Source: an uncultured Verrucomicrobiae bacterium (GTDB lineage: Bacteria > Verrucomicrobiota > Verrucomicrobiia > Limisphaerales > JAFGQR01). Taken from it: a stretch of 64,000 bases of DNA. The DNA is taken from contig CAWBHS010000060.1 of the NCBI GenBank assembly GCA_963788655.1, forward strand, positions 320,001 to 384,000, written 5' to 3'. The notes beneath the pieces were generated by a model, which did not search any database, was not told where the DNA came from, and saw only the letters and a list, made by a program, of their open reading frames with translations. Shown here piece after piece: positions 24,301 through 34,508 of the stretch (positions within the stretch are counted from its first letter, which is position 1; each line of letters starts with the position of its first letter). The translations under genes and the position numbers were made by a program.

Positions 24301-24872
24301 CCGCAGGGGCTTTGCCAATTCTGTTACAAAACCGATAAGTGAGCGGGCTGTCCCGCACAAACGGTGAGAAGGAATCTAGCGCGCCTCAGGCCGGCGCGAT
24401 AGAAGGTCGGCCACCCGCGCCTGCCGCACAGCCCTCGCGCTCCCTCCTGCCGCTGCGGGTGCGGCATCCGGGCCACACCCTGCGCCCCCTTGCCCCCGCA
24501 GCGTGTGTCCCGGCTGCCGCTCCGCTACGTCGGTCGGCCAGGGCTGCTAGCGGCCCGCCGCCCCGAAAGACACCCCCGGCGGGCGCTCCGTGTCACGCTG
24601 GCTGCTAAAGGCAAAGGCAGCCTTCGCGCCACTCCGCGCAGGTGGCTGCACCAACGGCGGGCCAACCGGAATAGTGGCGCTCGCCGACTCGCGCCAGAGC
24701 TTCGCCAGTTCGGGCGTCGCGGTTGCAATCGTGGCGTCCTGGGTGTTCTGCGCGTTCCGGCCCTGCGTTCGCGAGTGAGCGCTCGCAACAGAATCGAATG
24801 CGCTGTCGATAAAGTGACAGGTTCAAAGTTGTTGACATGTTTTGCACCCTGATGCCAACCTCCCGCCACTCT

Positions 24873-25841
24873 ATGAGAATGGCACGGATCAAGATTCAAG
24901 GGCGCAGTGCGGTGTATCACTGCATGTCGCGGATTGTCGGGGGACAGGCTTTGTTGGATGACGTGGGGAAGGAGAAGTTGGTGGCCATCCTCGGGCAATT
25001 GGCTGCGTTTTGCGGCCTTGAAGTCATCACCTACTGCATGATGTCCAATCACTTTCATGTTCTCGTTCGCGTTCCGGAACAACAGAATCCCTCCGACCAG
25101 CAACTGATCGAGCGCATGGAAGCCTTGTACAGCAAGAAAAGCGCCCTGGTGCAATTAGCCCGCAACACTTTGGTGCAGCACGGCCGGATCGATCACGATA
25201 TTCGGCAATCCATGGTGGAGCGAATGGGGGATGTTTCCGCGTTCATGAAGGAACTCAAGCAGCGGTTCAGCCGTTGGTACAACCGACAATCGGGGCGCTT
25301 TGGCACGCTCTGGGCCGAGCGGTTCAAGAGTGTATTGGTGGAGGATCAACCGGGAGCGGTTGAAACCCTCGCCGCGTACATTGATCTGAATCCAGTGCGC
25401 GCCGGTTTGGTGGACGATCCCAAAGAGTATCGTTTCTGTGGCTACGCTGCGGCGTTGGCCGGCAACAAAGCGGCCCGAGCGGGATTGCTAAGCTTCCAAA
25501 AGAGCATCGACTGGAAGACCGGCGCTGCTGAATATCGAAAACGCTTGTTCGTGGGAGCGGGAGTCGCCGGAAGAAGCGATAAATTGGTTCTGGATCGCGA
25601 GCAGATCAAACGCGTGTTGTCTCAAGGCGGTGAGCTGAGCCAGGCACAAATCCTGCGTTTGCGCCTCCGACATTTAACCGATGGAATTGTGCTGGGTTCG
25701 AAGGCCTTCGTGAACGAAATCTTTGCGTTGCACCGCGACAAATTCGGCGCCAAGCGACAATCGGGAGCCCGGCCGATTCGCGGCGTGCCGTTGCGGGAGC
25801 TGAGCGTTTTGCGGGATTTGCGCGTCTCCGCCGTTAGCTAA
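24873..25841 (+). mobile_element. REP-associated tyrosine transposase (RAYT, IS200-like Y1 HUH family)
   Basis: VYHCMSRI, YCMMSNHFHVLV (HUH), MKELKQRFSRWYN...GTLWAERFKSVLV, YIDLNPVRAGLVDDPKEYRFCGY. Confidence 0.92.
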
Positions 25842-25889
25842 GAGTTTACTGGGACCTTCCGTTTGAATCTTCGTTGCCTTTTTGAACCA

Positions 25890-27867
25890 GTAGAGTAGAG
25901 AGGAAAGCACGGAATGAAAGGCCCGAAAACCAATGACCGCCGCTTCCCTCTCCCTCGTCGAACCGGACATGGAGATTTCCCCCATCCGGCTCTCGCCAGT
26001 GTCGGCTCTTCCACAAAGCATTCACAACGCAACCAGTCCCAGATGGTCCAAGTGAGCATACAGGCTGACGCCCTCACGGGCTCGCCAACCCCGTTGGCTG
26101 CGACGTTGCAGATGCCGTCCCAACCGATACCGCACGAAGTGATTGAGCTGACGAAATGCCTTCCGCGGATAGCCCAACTTGAAGTAGTTGGACCAACCCC
26201 GCAGGTGACGGTTCACCCGTCCAATCAACTCCGGCATGGGCGTATGACTCTGATGCGGGTTGATCAACCCTCGCAACGCTTTCCGTTCCCGATCCATCGT
26301 TTTGCGCGACGGTTCCAGGTTCCAGTAACGCTGCGGCCGACCGTATTGATCGCGGTCATACCGAAAGGTGTAGCCCAGGAAATCCAGGCTCTGGCCCGAT
26401 TGCTTCAAATCCACGATCCGAGTTTTATCCCGGTTGATTTGCAGGTCCAGCCAGCCTTCCAGTTTGCCCTCGATCCATTCCCGCAACTTCGGACTGATGT
26501 AGCGAGCCATGACCACGAAGTCGTCCGCGTAACGGATCAGCTTCGCTTTGGCCCATTGCGCCGGTCCATCTCCTCGTTGGAAGAGGTGGTCGAACCAGTG
26601 CAAATAGACATTGGCCAGCAAAGGCGAAAGCACTCCACCTTGGGGGGTGCCCCGGTCGTTGCGTCGCACCGTGGGTGGTTGTCCCCCTGGGGGCGGTTCC
26701 ACCACCGGCGCCTTGAGCCATTGTCGGATCAGTCCCAGGACCGAACCGTCCACCACGCGCATCCGCACGCAAGCGATCAGCTTATCGTGGGGAATGCTGT
26801 CGAAGTAGCCAGCCAAATCCGCATCATACACCGCCGTTTGACCCTCCTTCAGGTGCTGTTGGATGGCGCGCAAGGCATCGTGCGCCGATCGTCCGGGCCG
26901 AAACCCGTGGGAGCAGTCTTCAAAGTCGGCTTCGAAGATCGGCTCCAGGATCAGCAACACCGCCGCTTGCACCACCCGGTCCCGCACCGTCGGAATGCCC
27001 AACGGCCGCAACTTGCCGTTGGCCTTCGAGATATACACCCGCCGCACCGCTTGGGCACGATAGGTTTTGTCCCTCAGGCTCCGTTCGATCTCGGACAGAA
27101 ATGCCGCTTCGCTTTCCGGCGTCGTGGTGATCTGTTCGATGCTCACTCCGTCCACGCCCGGCGCACCGTCGTTGCGCCGCACCGCGGCCCAAGCCGCTTG
27201 CAGCACGTCGGTTCGATACACCAAAGCGTAGAGACTGTAGAAGCGAAACCGCTTCTGTTGTTTGGCTTTCTGGCCCAGCTTCTGTCTCAGTTCCCGCAGG
27301 CTCGGCGGCAGGATCGCTTCCCGGAAGGAAAGTTCCTCCACCGCTTCTTCTGTTGTAGGAATGAACTCCATCCCAATCAGCTCCGGATTCCTCTGACTCG
27401 GCTTGACTCTGGCCAGGGCTCCTTGGCTCCCTGCCAACTTGATCGGCAGATCGACGCTACTATGAGCCCATCCGACGCCGCGATTCGGCCCCACCAGCGG
27501 TTATGGCTTCCCGCCAGGGGTTGTCCTGCGTTACAGGCCAGGACTCCGAACCGGGCCTCCCAAGTTCCCAGTGGTTCTTTCTGCGCGCGCTGTCTCCTCT
27601 CACCCCGGGGAGTCCGGTCGGTGCATGGGATCGAATCTTCCCGACCGATGCGGGCTTCACCACATCCGGCAGGCTGGCCACTCCCAGTTTTGTGTAACGA
27701 GGCCGAACCGAGTTCGCGGAACGCTACGGCTCGCGCATTGGCCTTCCCCAGCTTCAACGGGCAGGATCGCTCCCACCCGCTTAAGGGTCGGCTACATGAC
27801 TCTCGACCATTTATCATGGTTAACACGTTGCAGTTAACAAGAACCACCAAGCTTGCTTGGCGCTTTC
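25890..27867 (-). mobile_element. Group II intron, full length (~1978 nt)
   Basis: Domain V GAGCCGGATGGGGGAAATCTCCATGTCCGGTTC (~25960-25993); domain VI ending CTCTACTCTAC at 25890; ~500 nt structured 5' region; removing 25890-27867 restores a REP-like motif. Confidence 0.92.
26022..27371 (-). CDS. ltrA: Group II intron reverse transcriptase/maturase (RT + domain X, no endonuclease)
   Basis: [69 protein letters not shown]. Confidence 0.97.
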   Translation of the reverse strand: MEFIPTTEEAVEELSFREAILPPSLRELRQKLGQKAKQQKRFRFYSLYALVYRTDVLQAAWAAVRRNDGAPGVDGVSIEQITTTPESEAAFLSEIERSLRDKTYRAQAVRRVYISKANGKLRPLGIPTVRDRVVQAAVLLILEPIFEADFEDCSHGFRPGRSAHDALRAIQQHLKEGQTAVYDADLAGYFDSIPHDKLIACVRMRVVDGSVLGLIRQWLKAPVVEPPPGGQPPTVRRNDRGTPQGGVLSPLLANVYLHWFDHLFQRGDGPAQWAKAKLIRYADDFVVMARYISPKLREWIEGKLEGWLDLQINRDKTRIVDLKQSGQSLDFLGYTFRYDRDQYGRPQRYWNLEPSRKTMDRERKALRGLINPHQSHTPMPELIGRVNRHLRGWSNYFKLGYPRKAFRQLNHFVRYRLGRHLQRRSQRGWRAREGVSLYAHLDHLGLVAL

Positions 27868-27956
27868 CGAATTGACACTAATTAATGGGATTTCCCAACC
27901 GGTGTCAAAACGCTACTCGGTACCTTGAATTCGTGGTAATTCGTGTAATTAGTGTC
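27868..27956. repeat. REP-like inverted repeat (ACACTAATT/ACACGAATT family) flanking the intron
   Basis: GACACTAATT (27874-27883) pairs with AATTAGTGTC (27947-27956); AATTCGTGGTAATTCGTGT lies between them. Confidence 0.75.
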
Positions 27957-28016
27957 TTCACCTTCGTGTCTCAACTCTGCCTTTGCTTCCTGGCGGGAGC
28001 CTGCTAGACATTTCCC

Positions 28017-29384
28017 ATGCAAGCCGTCCTTGATTACCTGAAACAAAACGAGGCCCGATTCGTCCAGGAACTTTGCGAGTATGTGCGGTTTCCCAGCGTG
28101 TCCGCGCAACCGCAGCATCAGAAAGACATGGCCGCCTGCGCCCGCTGGCTGGTACAGCACTGCACTCGGATAGGATTGAAAGCCCGCCTGCAGCCGACTG
28201 CGGGACATCCCATCGTGATTGCCAAAACGCCCCGCGCCCGTTCGGCATCGCGTCCGCATTTCCTCGTTTATGGGCATTACGACGTGCAACCGCCGGAGCC
28301 GTTTGAGTTGTGGAAGACTCCGCCATTCGAACCGACCGTGGTGGGCCGCTCGCTTTTCGGCCGTGGCGCCAGCGACAACAAAGGCCAGCACCTGGCCCAC
28401 TTGAACGCCGTCGAAGCGCATCTGCAAACTGGCACTGAGCTGCCCTGCGATCTGACGTTTGTCATCGAGGGCGAAGAAGAAGTCGGCAGCAGTCACCTGG
28501 CGGATTTCTTGCGCCACAATCGAAAGGAGCTGAGTTGCGAAGCCGTGATCATCTCCGACAACGGCATTCCCAGCCGGAAATATCCGGCGTTGACCTACGG
28601 GCTGCGTGGGATCGCTGCCCTGGAAATCGAACTGCGCGGTCCGTCGCGTGATCTGCACTCCGGTATTTTCGGCGGCACGGTGGACAATCCGGCGATGGCG
28701 TTGTGTCAATTGCTGGCCCAGTTGCGCGACCAGAACGGGCGCATAGCCGTCCCCGGCTTTTATGACGACGTCAATCCGCTGGTGGCTTACGAGCGCAAAC
28801 AGTTCGCCCGCCTGCCCCATAACGATGCGGCCTACCGCAAGTTCCTCGGCGTGCCGAAGTTGTTCGGCGAACGTGGCTACACCGCCATCGAGCAACGTTC
28901 GGCCCGACCCACCATTGAGATCAATGGTTTGACGAGCGGCTACCAGGGCGAGGGCAGCAAGACCATCGTGCCCGCGTGGGCCCGGGCCAAACTGACGTTC
29001 CGCCTTGTCCCGAACCAGAAGCCGGACAAAATCCTCCGGTTGGTGCGCCAGCACTTGAAGCGGATTTGTCCCCCAACGGTGCGGATGTCGCTGCAATCAG
29101 GCCACGGCGGCGATCCGTATTTGGTGTCACCGACCAGTCCACATTCGCAGGCGGCGCTGCGGGCGTTGAAGTTTGCTTTCGGCTGCGAGCCAGTGCTGAT
29201 GCGCGAAGGCGGTTCCATTCCCATCGTCAACGATTTCAAGCGCATCCTGGGCGCCGACACCTTGTTGCTCGGAATGGCCTTGCCCGATGACAATGCCCAC
29301 TCGCCCAATGAAAAATTCGACCTCGATTGCTTCGCGTGTGGGATGCGGTTGGGGGCATGTTTGTGGGAGGAAATGGGGCGGTGA
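28017..29384 (+). CDS. M20-family dipeptidase (ArgE/DapE-like)
   Basis: LVYGHYDVQP, GRGASDNKGQ, IEGEEEVGS, DLHSG, GGSIP, NAHSPNEKF. Confidence 0.95.
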   Translation: MQAVLDYLKQNEARFVQELCEYVRFPSVSAQPQHQKDMAACARWLVQHCTRIGLKARLQPTAGHPIVIAKTPRARSASRPHFLVYGHYDVQPPEPFELWKTPPFEPTVVGRSLFGRGASDNKGQHLAHLNAVEAHLQTGTELPCDLTFVIEGEEEVGSSHLADFLRHNRKELSCEAVIISDNGIPSRKYPALTYGLRGIAALEIELRGPSRDLHSGIFGGTVDNPAMALCQLLAQLRDQNGRIAVPGFYDDVNPLVAYERKQFARLPHNDAAYRKFLGVPKLFGERGYTAIEQRSARPTIEINGLTSGYQGEGSKTIVPAWARAKLTFRLVPNQKPDKILRLVRQHLKRICPPTVRMSLQSGHGGDPYLVSPTSPHSQAALRALKFAFGCEPVLMREGGSIPIVNDFKRILGADTLLLGMALPDDNAHSPNEKFDLDCFACGMRLGACLWEEMGR

Positions 29385-29602
29385 AGGGTTGAAGCGTTGA
29401 AGAGTTTAAGTGGGTGGACCGCCTGGTGTTAATCGCGAGGCATGGGGAGGACAGGCGCCTCGCCTGTCAACCGGTGCGCCTCGCACCGGCAGTGTTTGGA
29501 GGACGGCTCTCGATTCATTTAGCGCCCGGCGACATTCGAGTCAACGGCGGGGCGCCGTTGACAGCGCCCGGGGCGGGCGCGCTCCCCGGAAGCGACGAAC
29601 CT

Positions 29603-30178
29603 TCACCGCAATTCCCAGTTGGCGAGTTCTTCTTTGAGCCGTTCCATCGGCAAGCCGACCACGTTGGTGTAAGAGCCGTGAATGTTTTTCACGATTTCAT
29701 CGCCTTCTTCCTGGATGCCATACGCCCCGGCTTTGTCGAGCGGGTTTACTTTGGCGAGATACCGGCGGATTTGATCCAGGTGCAAATGGCGGAAGGTGAC
29801 CGTGGTGCTGACGGCGAACAGTTGCTGGCGATGTTTCCGCAAGTAAATGAGGCAAACGCCGGTGACAACTTCATGGGTGCGCCCCTGGAGTTTGGTTAGC
29901 ATCTGCTGCGCCTCGTCCAGGTTTTTTGGTTTACCGAAGATCGTGCGGCCCAGGCAAACAATCGTGTCCGCGGCCAGCACCAGGGCATCCGGATGCTTTT
30001 TGGCGACGGCCCGGCCTTTCCGGTAGGCGTTGATTTGAGCGGTTTCGTGCGGGGTGAGGTGCTCGGGTTGGACCTCTGTGACGCGCGTGGACAGCGTGGC
30101 AAACTCGAAGCCTGCCTCCCGCAACAAGTCCACCCTCCGGGGCGAAGCCGAAGCCAGCATTAATGGAGGCAAGTTCAT
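29603..30178 (-). CDS. maf: Maf-family nucleoside triphosphate pyrophosphatase
   Basis: LASASPRR, AADTIV, GKP, HEVVTGV, DKAGAYGIQ, GSYTNVVGLP. Confidence 0.95.
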   Translation of the reverse strand: MNLPPLMLASASPRRVDLLREAGFEFATLSTRVTEVQPEHLTPHETAQINAYRKGRAVAKKHPDALVLAADTIVCLGRTIFGKPKNLDEAQQMLTKLQGRTHEVVTGVCLIYLRKHRQQLFAVSTTVTFRHLHLDQIRRYLAKVNPLDKAGAYGIQEEGDEIVKNIHGSYTNVVGLPMERLKEELANWELR

Positions 30179-30464
30179 AACTGATTCCTTTTGGCCGGTG
30201 CCGCTGGTTTCATTTCGAGTCCGTTCGTTTGCATCCGTCATCAATTGTCAGTTCACGACTCCGCTGCCACCACCGTCACTTGCTGAATCAAAGGCTACCA
30301 GAAAGCGGGCGGGAAGTCGAGCCGCGCCCGCGGTTGCGCTCAAAGCTTGCCAGTGGGAGCCGCTTTGTTTAATTTCCGCGGCATTAATCATGTGGCGTGA
30401 TGCAACACCAGAACTCTTTTGTCCGTTTTCCGGTTAAATCCTGAACCTCAATACCCTTCTTACC

Positions 30465-32009
30465 ATGAATACCGAAATGCGCGTGCGGTTGTCCCTGATG
30501 ATGTTTCTGGAATACTTCATTTGGAGTGCCTGGTACGTCACCATGGGCCCTTACCTTGGCGGCACTCTCAATTTCAGCGGCACAGAAATCGGCTATGCCT
30601 ACAGCGCCACCGCGCTGGCGGCGATGATCTCCCCGTTCTTTGTGGGCATGATTGCCGACCGGTTCTTTGCCACCGAAAAAGTGCTGGCGGTGCTGCACAT
30701 TCTGGGCGGACTGCTGATCTTCGGGGCCGCCCAGGCCAAGACCTTTGGCGTCTTTTTCCCGTTCCTGATCGCCCATACCCTTTGTTACATGCCCACGCTG
30801 GCGTTGACCAATTCGATCTCGTTCAACCAGATGACCAATACCGGCAAGGAGTTTCCCAGCATTCGCGTCCTGGGCACGATCAGTTGGATTTGCGCCGGCT
30901 TGACAGTTGGCCTGTTGGGCAACAAGGCCATCACTACGCCGATGCCATTCGTGATCGCCGCCGGGGTGTCCATTCTGATGGGCCTATACTGTTTAACCCT
31001 GCCCCACACGCCGCCAAAAGCCACGGGCCGGGTCACCGCCCGCGATGTGCTCGGATTGGATACGTTGCAGTTGATGCGGGAACGCTCGTTCGCCATCTTC
31101 ATCGTCAGCGCGTTTTTGATCTGCATTCCGCTCACGTTTTACTTCAGTTTCACACCGTCCTTCCTTGGCGACCAGAACGTGAGTAACATTCCCGGCAAGA
31201 TGACCCTGGGGCAGGCTTCGGAAATCTTCTTCATGCTGGTGATGCCGTTCTTCTTTGCGCGCCTCGGCGTCAAATGGATGCTGATCGTCGGCATGCTCTC
31301 CTGGAGCGTGCGGTACACCCTGTTCATTCTGGGTTATAACGGCGCGCTGGTCTGGCCGTTGTATTTGGGCATCGTCCTGCACGGCGTGTGTTACGACTTC
31401 TTCTTTGTCACGGCCTATATTTATGTCGATCAGAAAGCCAGCGAAGCCATGCGCGCCAAGGCGCAGGGATTTATCGCGTTTGTCACGCTGGGCGCCGGCA
31501 TGTTCGTGGGCGCCACGCTTTCCGGGTGGGTGGTGAATGCCTACAGCTTTCCGAACGTCACGCCAGACAAATACAAGACCGTGACCGACTCTGCCGAATG
31601 GACCGCCGGCAATTTCGCGAAATGGGAGGCCGCGAACCAACCGGTTTTGGGTCAGGTGGTCTATCTGGTGGCCCCGACCAACACGGCGAACACGGTTTGG
31701 GTGGCCCGGTCAAACGGCAAGCTCGAAGTAACCCTCGAAAAACCCGATACCACCCAGGCGGCGGAAGTGGACCTGAAGAAACTACTGTCCTTCCCCGAGC
31801 GACCCGCGGCTATTGTGGAGGCTTACCAGCAAGAAGGAGGAGTGTTTAAGCCGGCCGAGCAATTCGCGGGCAAACCCCTGACCGCCTTGAGCAAGCCCAT
31901 GCCTTGGTGGAACTCCATTTGGATGATCCCGGCGATTGGCGCTTTTATCATCATGGTGTTGTTTGGCCTCTTCTTCCAATACCAGCATGTAAAACCAAAT
32001 GCAGCTTAA
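30465..32009 (+). CDS. Nucleoside:H+ symporter (NupG/XapB-like MFS) with an enlarged last loop
   Basis: RLSLMMFLEYFIWSAW, GMIADRFF, CYMPTLALTNS, IRVLGT, MTLGQASEI, LHGVCYDFFFV. Confidence 0.9.
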   Translation: MNTEMRVRLSLMMFLEYFIWSAWYVTMGPYLGGTLNFSGTEIGYAYSATALAAMISPFFVGMIADRFFATEKVLAVLHILGGLLIFGAAQAKTFGVFFPFLIAHTLCYMPTLALTNSISFNQMTNTGKEFPSIRVLGTISWICAGLTVGLLGNKAITTPMPFVIAAGVSILMGLYCLTLPHTPPKATGRVTARDVLGLDTLQLMRERSFAIFIVSAFLICIPLTFYFSFTPSFLGDQNVSNIPGKMTLGQASEIFFMLVMPFFFARLGVKWMLIVGMLSWSVRYTLFILGYNGALVWPLYLGIVLHGVCYDFFFVTAYIYVDQKASEAMRAKAQGFIAFVTLGAGMFVGATLSGWVVNAYSFPNVTPDKYKTVTDSAEWTAGNFAKWEAANQPVLGQVVYLVAPTNTANTVWVARSNGKLEVTLEKPDTTQAAEVDLKKLLSFPERPAAIVEAYQQEGGVFKPAEQFAGKPLTALSKPMPWWNSIWMIPAIGAFIIMVLFGLFFQYQHVKPNAA

Positions 32010-32068
32010 CTGTTCCGCCCGCAGCCCCGGATTGTCCCGGCGCTCGTTCTTGTCCGGGGGCTGATGGC

Positions 32069-32569
32069 TCAATTTGATCGCCGAAATTTCAGCCACAACC
32101 AACCAGTCAACAGTAGCATCAGCAGCGTATAGCCGCCGATGGCCACCCAAGACCACCCAGCCAGCCGGGGTTGTGCGTGCAGGTTCGCTTGCAGGGTCAT
32201 CTGCATGATCACGAACATCAAGGCGGTCGTCAGATGGCCGAGAACCAACAGGAACTCCCGGATGACTTCGTCGGTGTACGGGCGCATGGCGGGCGACAGC
32301 CAATAATCCTTGTGCGGCAAATTGATCAACGACGTGGGCATGACAGGCACCAGCAGGTACAGACCGGGAAACAGGGCGGTCGGAAGCAAAACCGCAAGCG
32401 CATAAACCCACAGGAACGCGCCTTTGGACGACCAACCATCCGCATTGCCCTGGGCGTTGAAGTGAGTAGCCACACGTTCGGGTAATTGCGGATAGCACAC
32501 GGCGATTTGGACAATAAAGGCGATCATCCAAAGCCCAAATGCCGCCAGAATCCAGTTGGAACGTTTCAT
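32069..32569 (-). CDS. DUF1648 (SdpI N-terminal-like) membrane protein
   Basis: YPQLPERVATHFNAQGNADGWSSK; four TM helices. Confidence 0.85.
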   Translation of the reverse strand: MKRSNWILAAFGLWMIAFIVQIAVCYPQLPERVATHFNAQGNADGWSSKGAFLWVYALAVLLPTALFPGLYLLVPVMPTSLINLPHKDYWLSPAMRPYTDEVIREFLLVLGHLTTALMFVIMQMTLQANLHAQPRLAGWSWVAIGGYTLLMLLLTGWLWLKFRRSN

Positions 32570-32578
32570 TGCGACCGC

Positions 32579-32782
32579 TCAGGAGTTCGTGTTGTCTGAA
32601 TCTATCGCAGAATTGGCGGAATCATCATTCAAATTGGCATTCCGTTTCCGTTTCAAGACCGCCTGCTTGAGCACATACTCAATCTGGCCATTGACACTGC
32701 GGAGTTCGTCCTGCGCCCAGGCCTCGAGTTCGGCCCAGAGCGCCGGATCCATCCGCAACAGAAACGATTTGCGCTCCGCCAT
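32579..32782 (-). CDS. Arc-like ribbon-helix-helix DNA-binding protein
   Basis: [38 protein letters not shown]. Confidence 0.88.
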   Translation of the reverse strand: MAERKSFLLRMDPALWAELEAWAQDELRSVNGQIEYVLKQAVLKRKRNANLNDDSANSAIDSDNTNS

Positions 32783-32790
32783 GAGCTGCT

Positions 32791-33810
32791 TCAGTTGTAG
32801 AGCGTGCCGGCATTGACAATCGGATGCACTTCGGCTTCGCCGCACAACACCACCATCAGGTTGCTCACCATGGCGGCTTTGCGGTCTTCGTCCAATTGCA
32901 CCACGTTCTTCTCCGCCATTTCGGTCAACGCCATGTCCACCATGCTCACCGCGCCATGGACGATCTTTTGCCGGGCCGCGATGATGGCTTCCGCCTGCTG
33001 CCGGCGCAACATGGCCTGGGCAATCTCCGGCGCATAAGCCAGGTGCGTCAGCCGGGCCTCTTCCACCACCACGCCCGCCTTGGCCAGTCGTTCGTGCAAC
33101 TCTACGCTCAAGGCCTGGGAAACCTCCGTGACATGGCTGCGCAGCGTGTTTTCGTTGTCCTCGCCATGGTCGTAGGCATAGCAACTGGCCAAATGGCGCA
33201 AGGCCGATTCGCTCTGGGTGTTGACGTATTCTTCAAAATCGTCCACGTCGAAAACCGCTTGGGCGGTGTCCTGCACGCGCCAGATGACGACCGCCGCAAT
33301 CTCGATGGGATTGCCGCGTTTGTCGTTCACTTTGAGCTTGTCCCCATTCATCGTCCGCGCCCGGAGTGAGACTTTGAACCGTGGCAGAGATTTTCGTTGC
33401 GACAATACCGCACCCGCTTTGGCCGCGGCAATCTGCCCCTGCATCTCGGCCATGCGCGCGGCGGGATTGCCTGATCGCGGGCCATTCGAGTAAAAGGGAT
33501 TGCCCCAATGAAAACCGCTTTCGCGGACGGTGCCCTTGTACGCGCCGAACAGCACCAGCACTCGCGCCTCGTTCGGTTGGAGCGTGAATAAACCGGCGAG
33601 CATGATGATGCCGGTGGTTTCCGTGAGGATGGACAACACAAACAACGGCCAGATCGGCGGTTCTCCGCGACTCACTCCTGCCGCGATGGAGTAAATGAAC
33701 ACCGCAATACTGCCCAGCAACAAACCGAGCACCAGGGGCAACATCACCCAGCCGTTATGGACCTTTACGTCGTTCTCCCGATTCACGCTCATCAGTGGTG
33801 TCGCATTCAT
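32791..33810 (-). CDS. SPFH (band 7) domain membrane protein
   Basis: [71 protein letters not shown]. Confidence 0.93.
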   Translation of the reverse strand: MNATPLMSVNRENDVKVHNGWVMLPLVLGLLLGSIAVFIYSIAAGVSRGEPPIWPLFVLSILTETTGIIMLAGLFTLQPNEARVLVLFGAYKGTVRESGFHWGNPFYSNGPRSGNPAARMAEMQGQIAAAKAGAVLSQRKSLPRFKVSLRARTMNGDKLKVNDKRGNPIEIAAVVIWRVQDTAQAVFDVDDFEEYVNTQSESALRHLASCYAYDHGEDNENTLRSHVTEVSQALSVELHERLAKAGVVVEEARLTHLAYAPEIAQAMLRRQQAEAIIAARQKIVHGAVSMVDMALTEMAEKNVVQLDEDRKAAMVSNLMVVLCGEAEVHPIVNAGTLYN

Positions 33811-33848
33811 AGTTCAAGGATTTAGATGGTTTCAAACTGTTATCGTGG

Positions 33849-33880
33849 TGATATCATACTGAAATCAAATGACAACGCAA
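33849..33880 (-). promoter_or_regulatory. Putative sigma-70 promoter of the SPFH operon, overlapped by a TGATATCA-N3-TGAAATCA operator
   Basis: Minus strand TTGCGT (33880-33875) N16 TATGAT (33858-33853); octamer pair at 33849-33867. Confidence 0.5.
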
Positions 33881-34168
33881 GTTATTTCCACAATTGGCTG
33901 CATAACGGAGCACGGCTTCCTTCATCCACGTTAAGAAAACTGATCTTGTTTGTCGCGGATAATGCAGTAAATAAAAAGATGCAAGATACACGCTACAAAC
34001 AACTTCACAACTATCTAAAGCCGCAGTGAACATGGTCGCGCGTGATCGACTTCATTTAATTGCTTGTTCTTTGCTGAGCCTAGTAGTATGTATGGCTAGG
34101 TATAGCAAATATAGTTTTGCAGATGCGGGCAAACCAACATCCTACCGTCCGCCGGTCTGCCGGCAACC

Positions 34169-34507
34169 ATGACTGATTTTTTCGACAACTGGACCGTGCA
34201 AGTGCGCAAAGGACTGCTGGAATATTGCGTCCTGAACGCGTTGGCCGAGAAAGAACGCTACGGTTACGACCTGGTCAAAACGCTGATGGCCGTCCCGGGA
34301 CTTGGCGTGACGGAAGGCACGCTGTATCCCCTGCTGTCGCGGTTGCGCGTCCAGGGAATGGTGAGCGCGCGTTTGGAAGAATCCACGGAGGGTCCGGCGC
34401 GGAAATATTACACTCTGACCAAAGAAGGCCGGCGCATCCTGTTGACGATGGACGACTACCTGGAAACCCTGAACCAAGGCTCCCGCATGTTGCGGCAACG
34501 CTCCTGA
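34169..34507 (+). CDS. PadR-family transcriptional regulator
   Basis: QVRKGLLEYCVL, YGYDL, EGTLYPLLSRL, GPARKYYTLTKEG. Confidence 0.95.
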   Translation: MTDFFDNWTVQVRKGLLEYCVLNALAEKERYGYDLVKTLMAVPGLGVTEGTLYPLLSRLRVQGMVSARLEESTEGPARKYYTLTKEGRRILLTMDDYLETLNQGSRMLRQRS

Positions 34508-34508
34508 C

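Noticed and set aside
18837..27371. Diversity-generating retroelement (RT next to long repeats)
   Set aside because: The RT is a group II intron maturase inside a complete ribozyme. Repeat mismatches are mostly synonymous and not adenine-specific, and the repeats are far longer than TR/VR pairs.
25914..27875. 653-aa plus-strand ORF
   Set aside because: Antisense shadow of the intron and its RT; no recognisable motifs.
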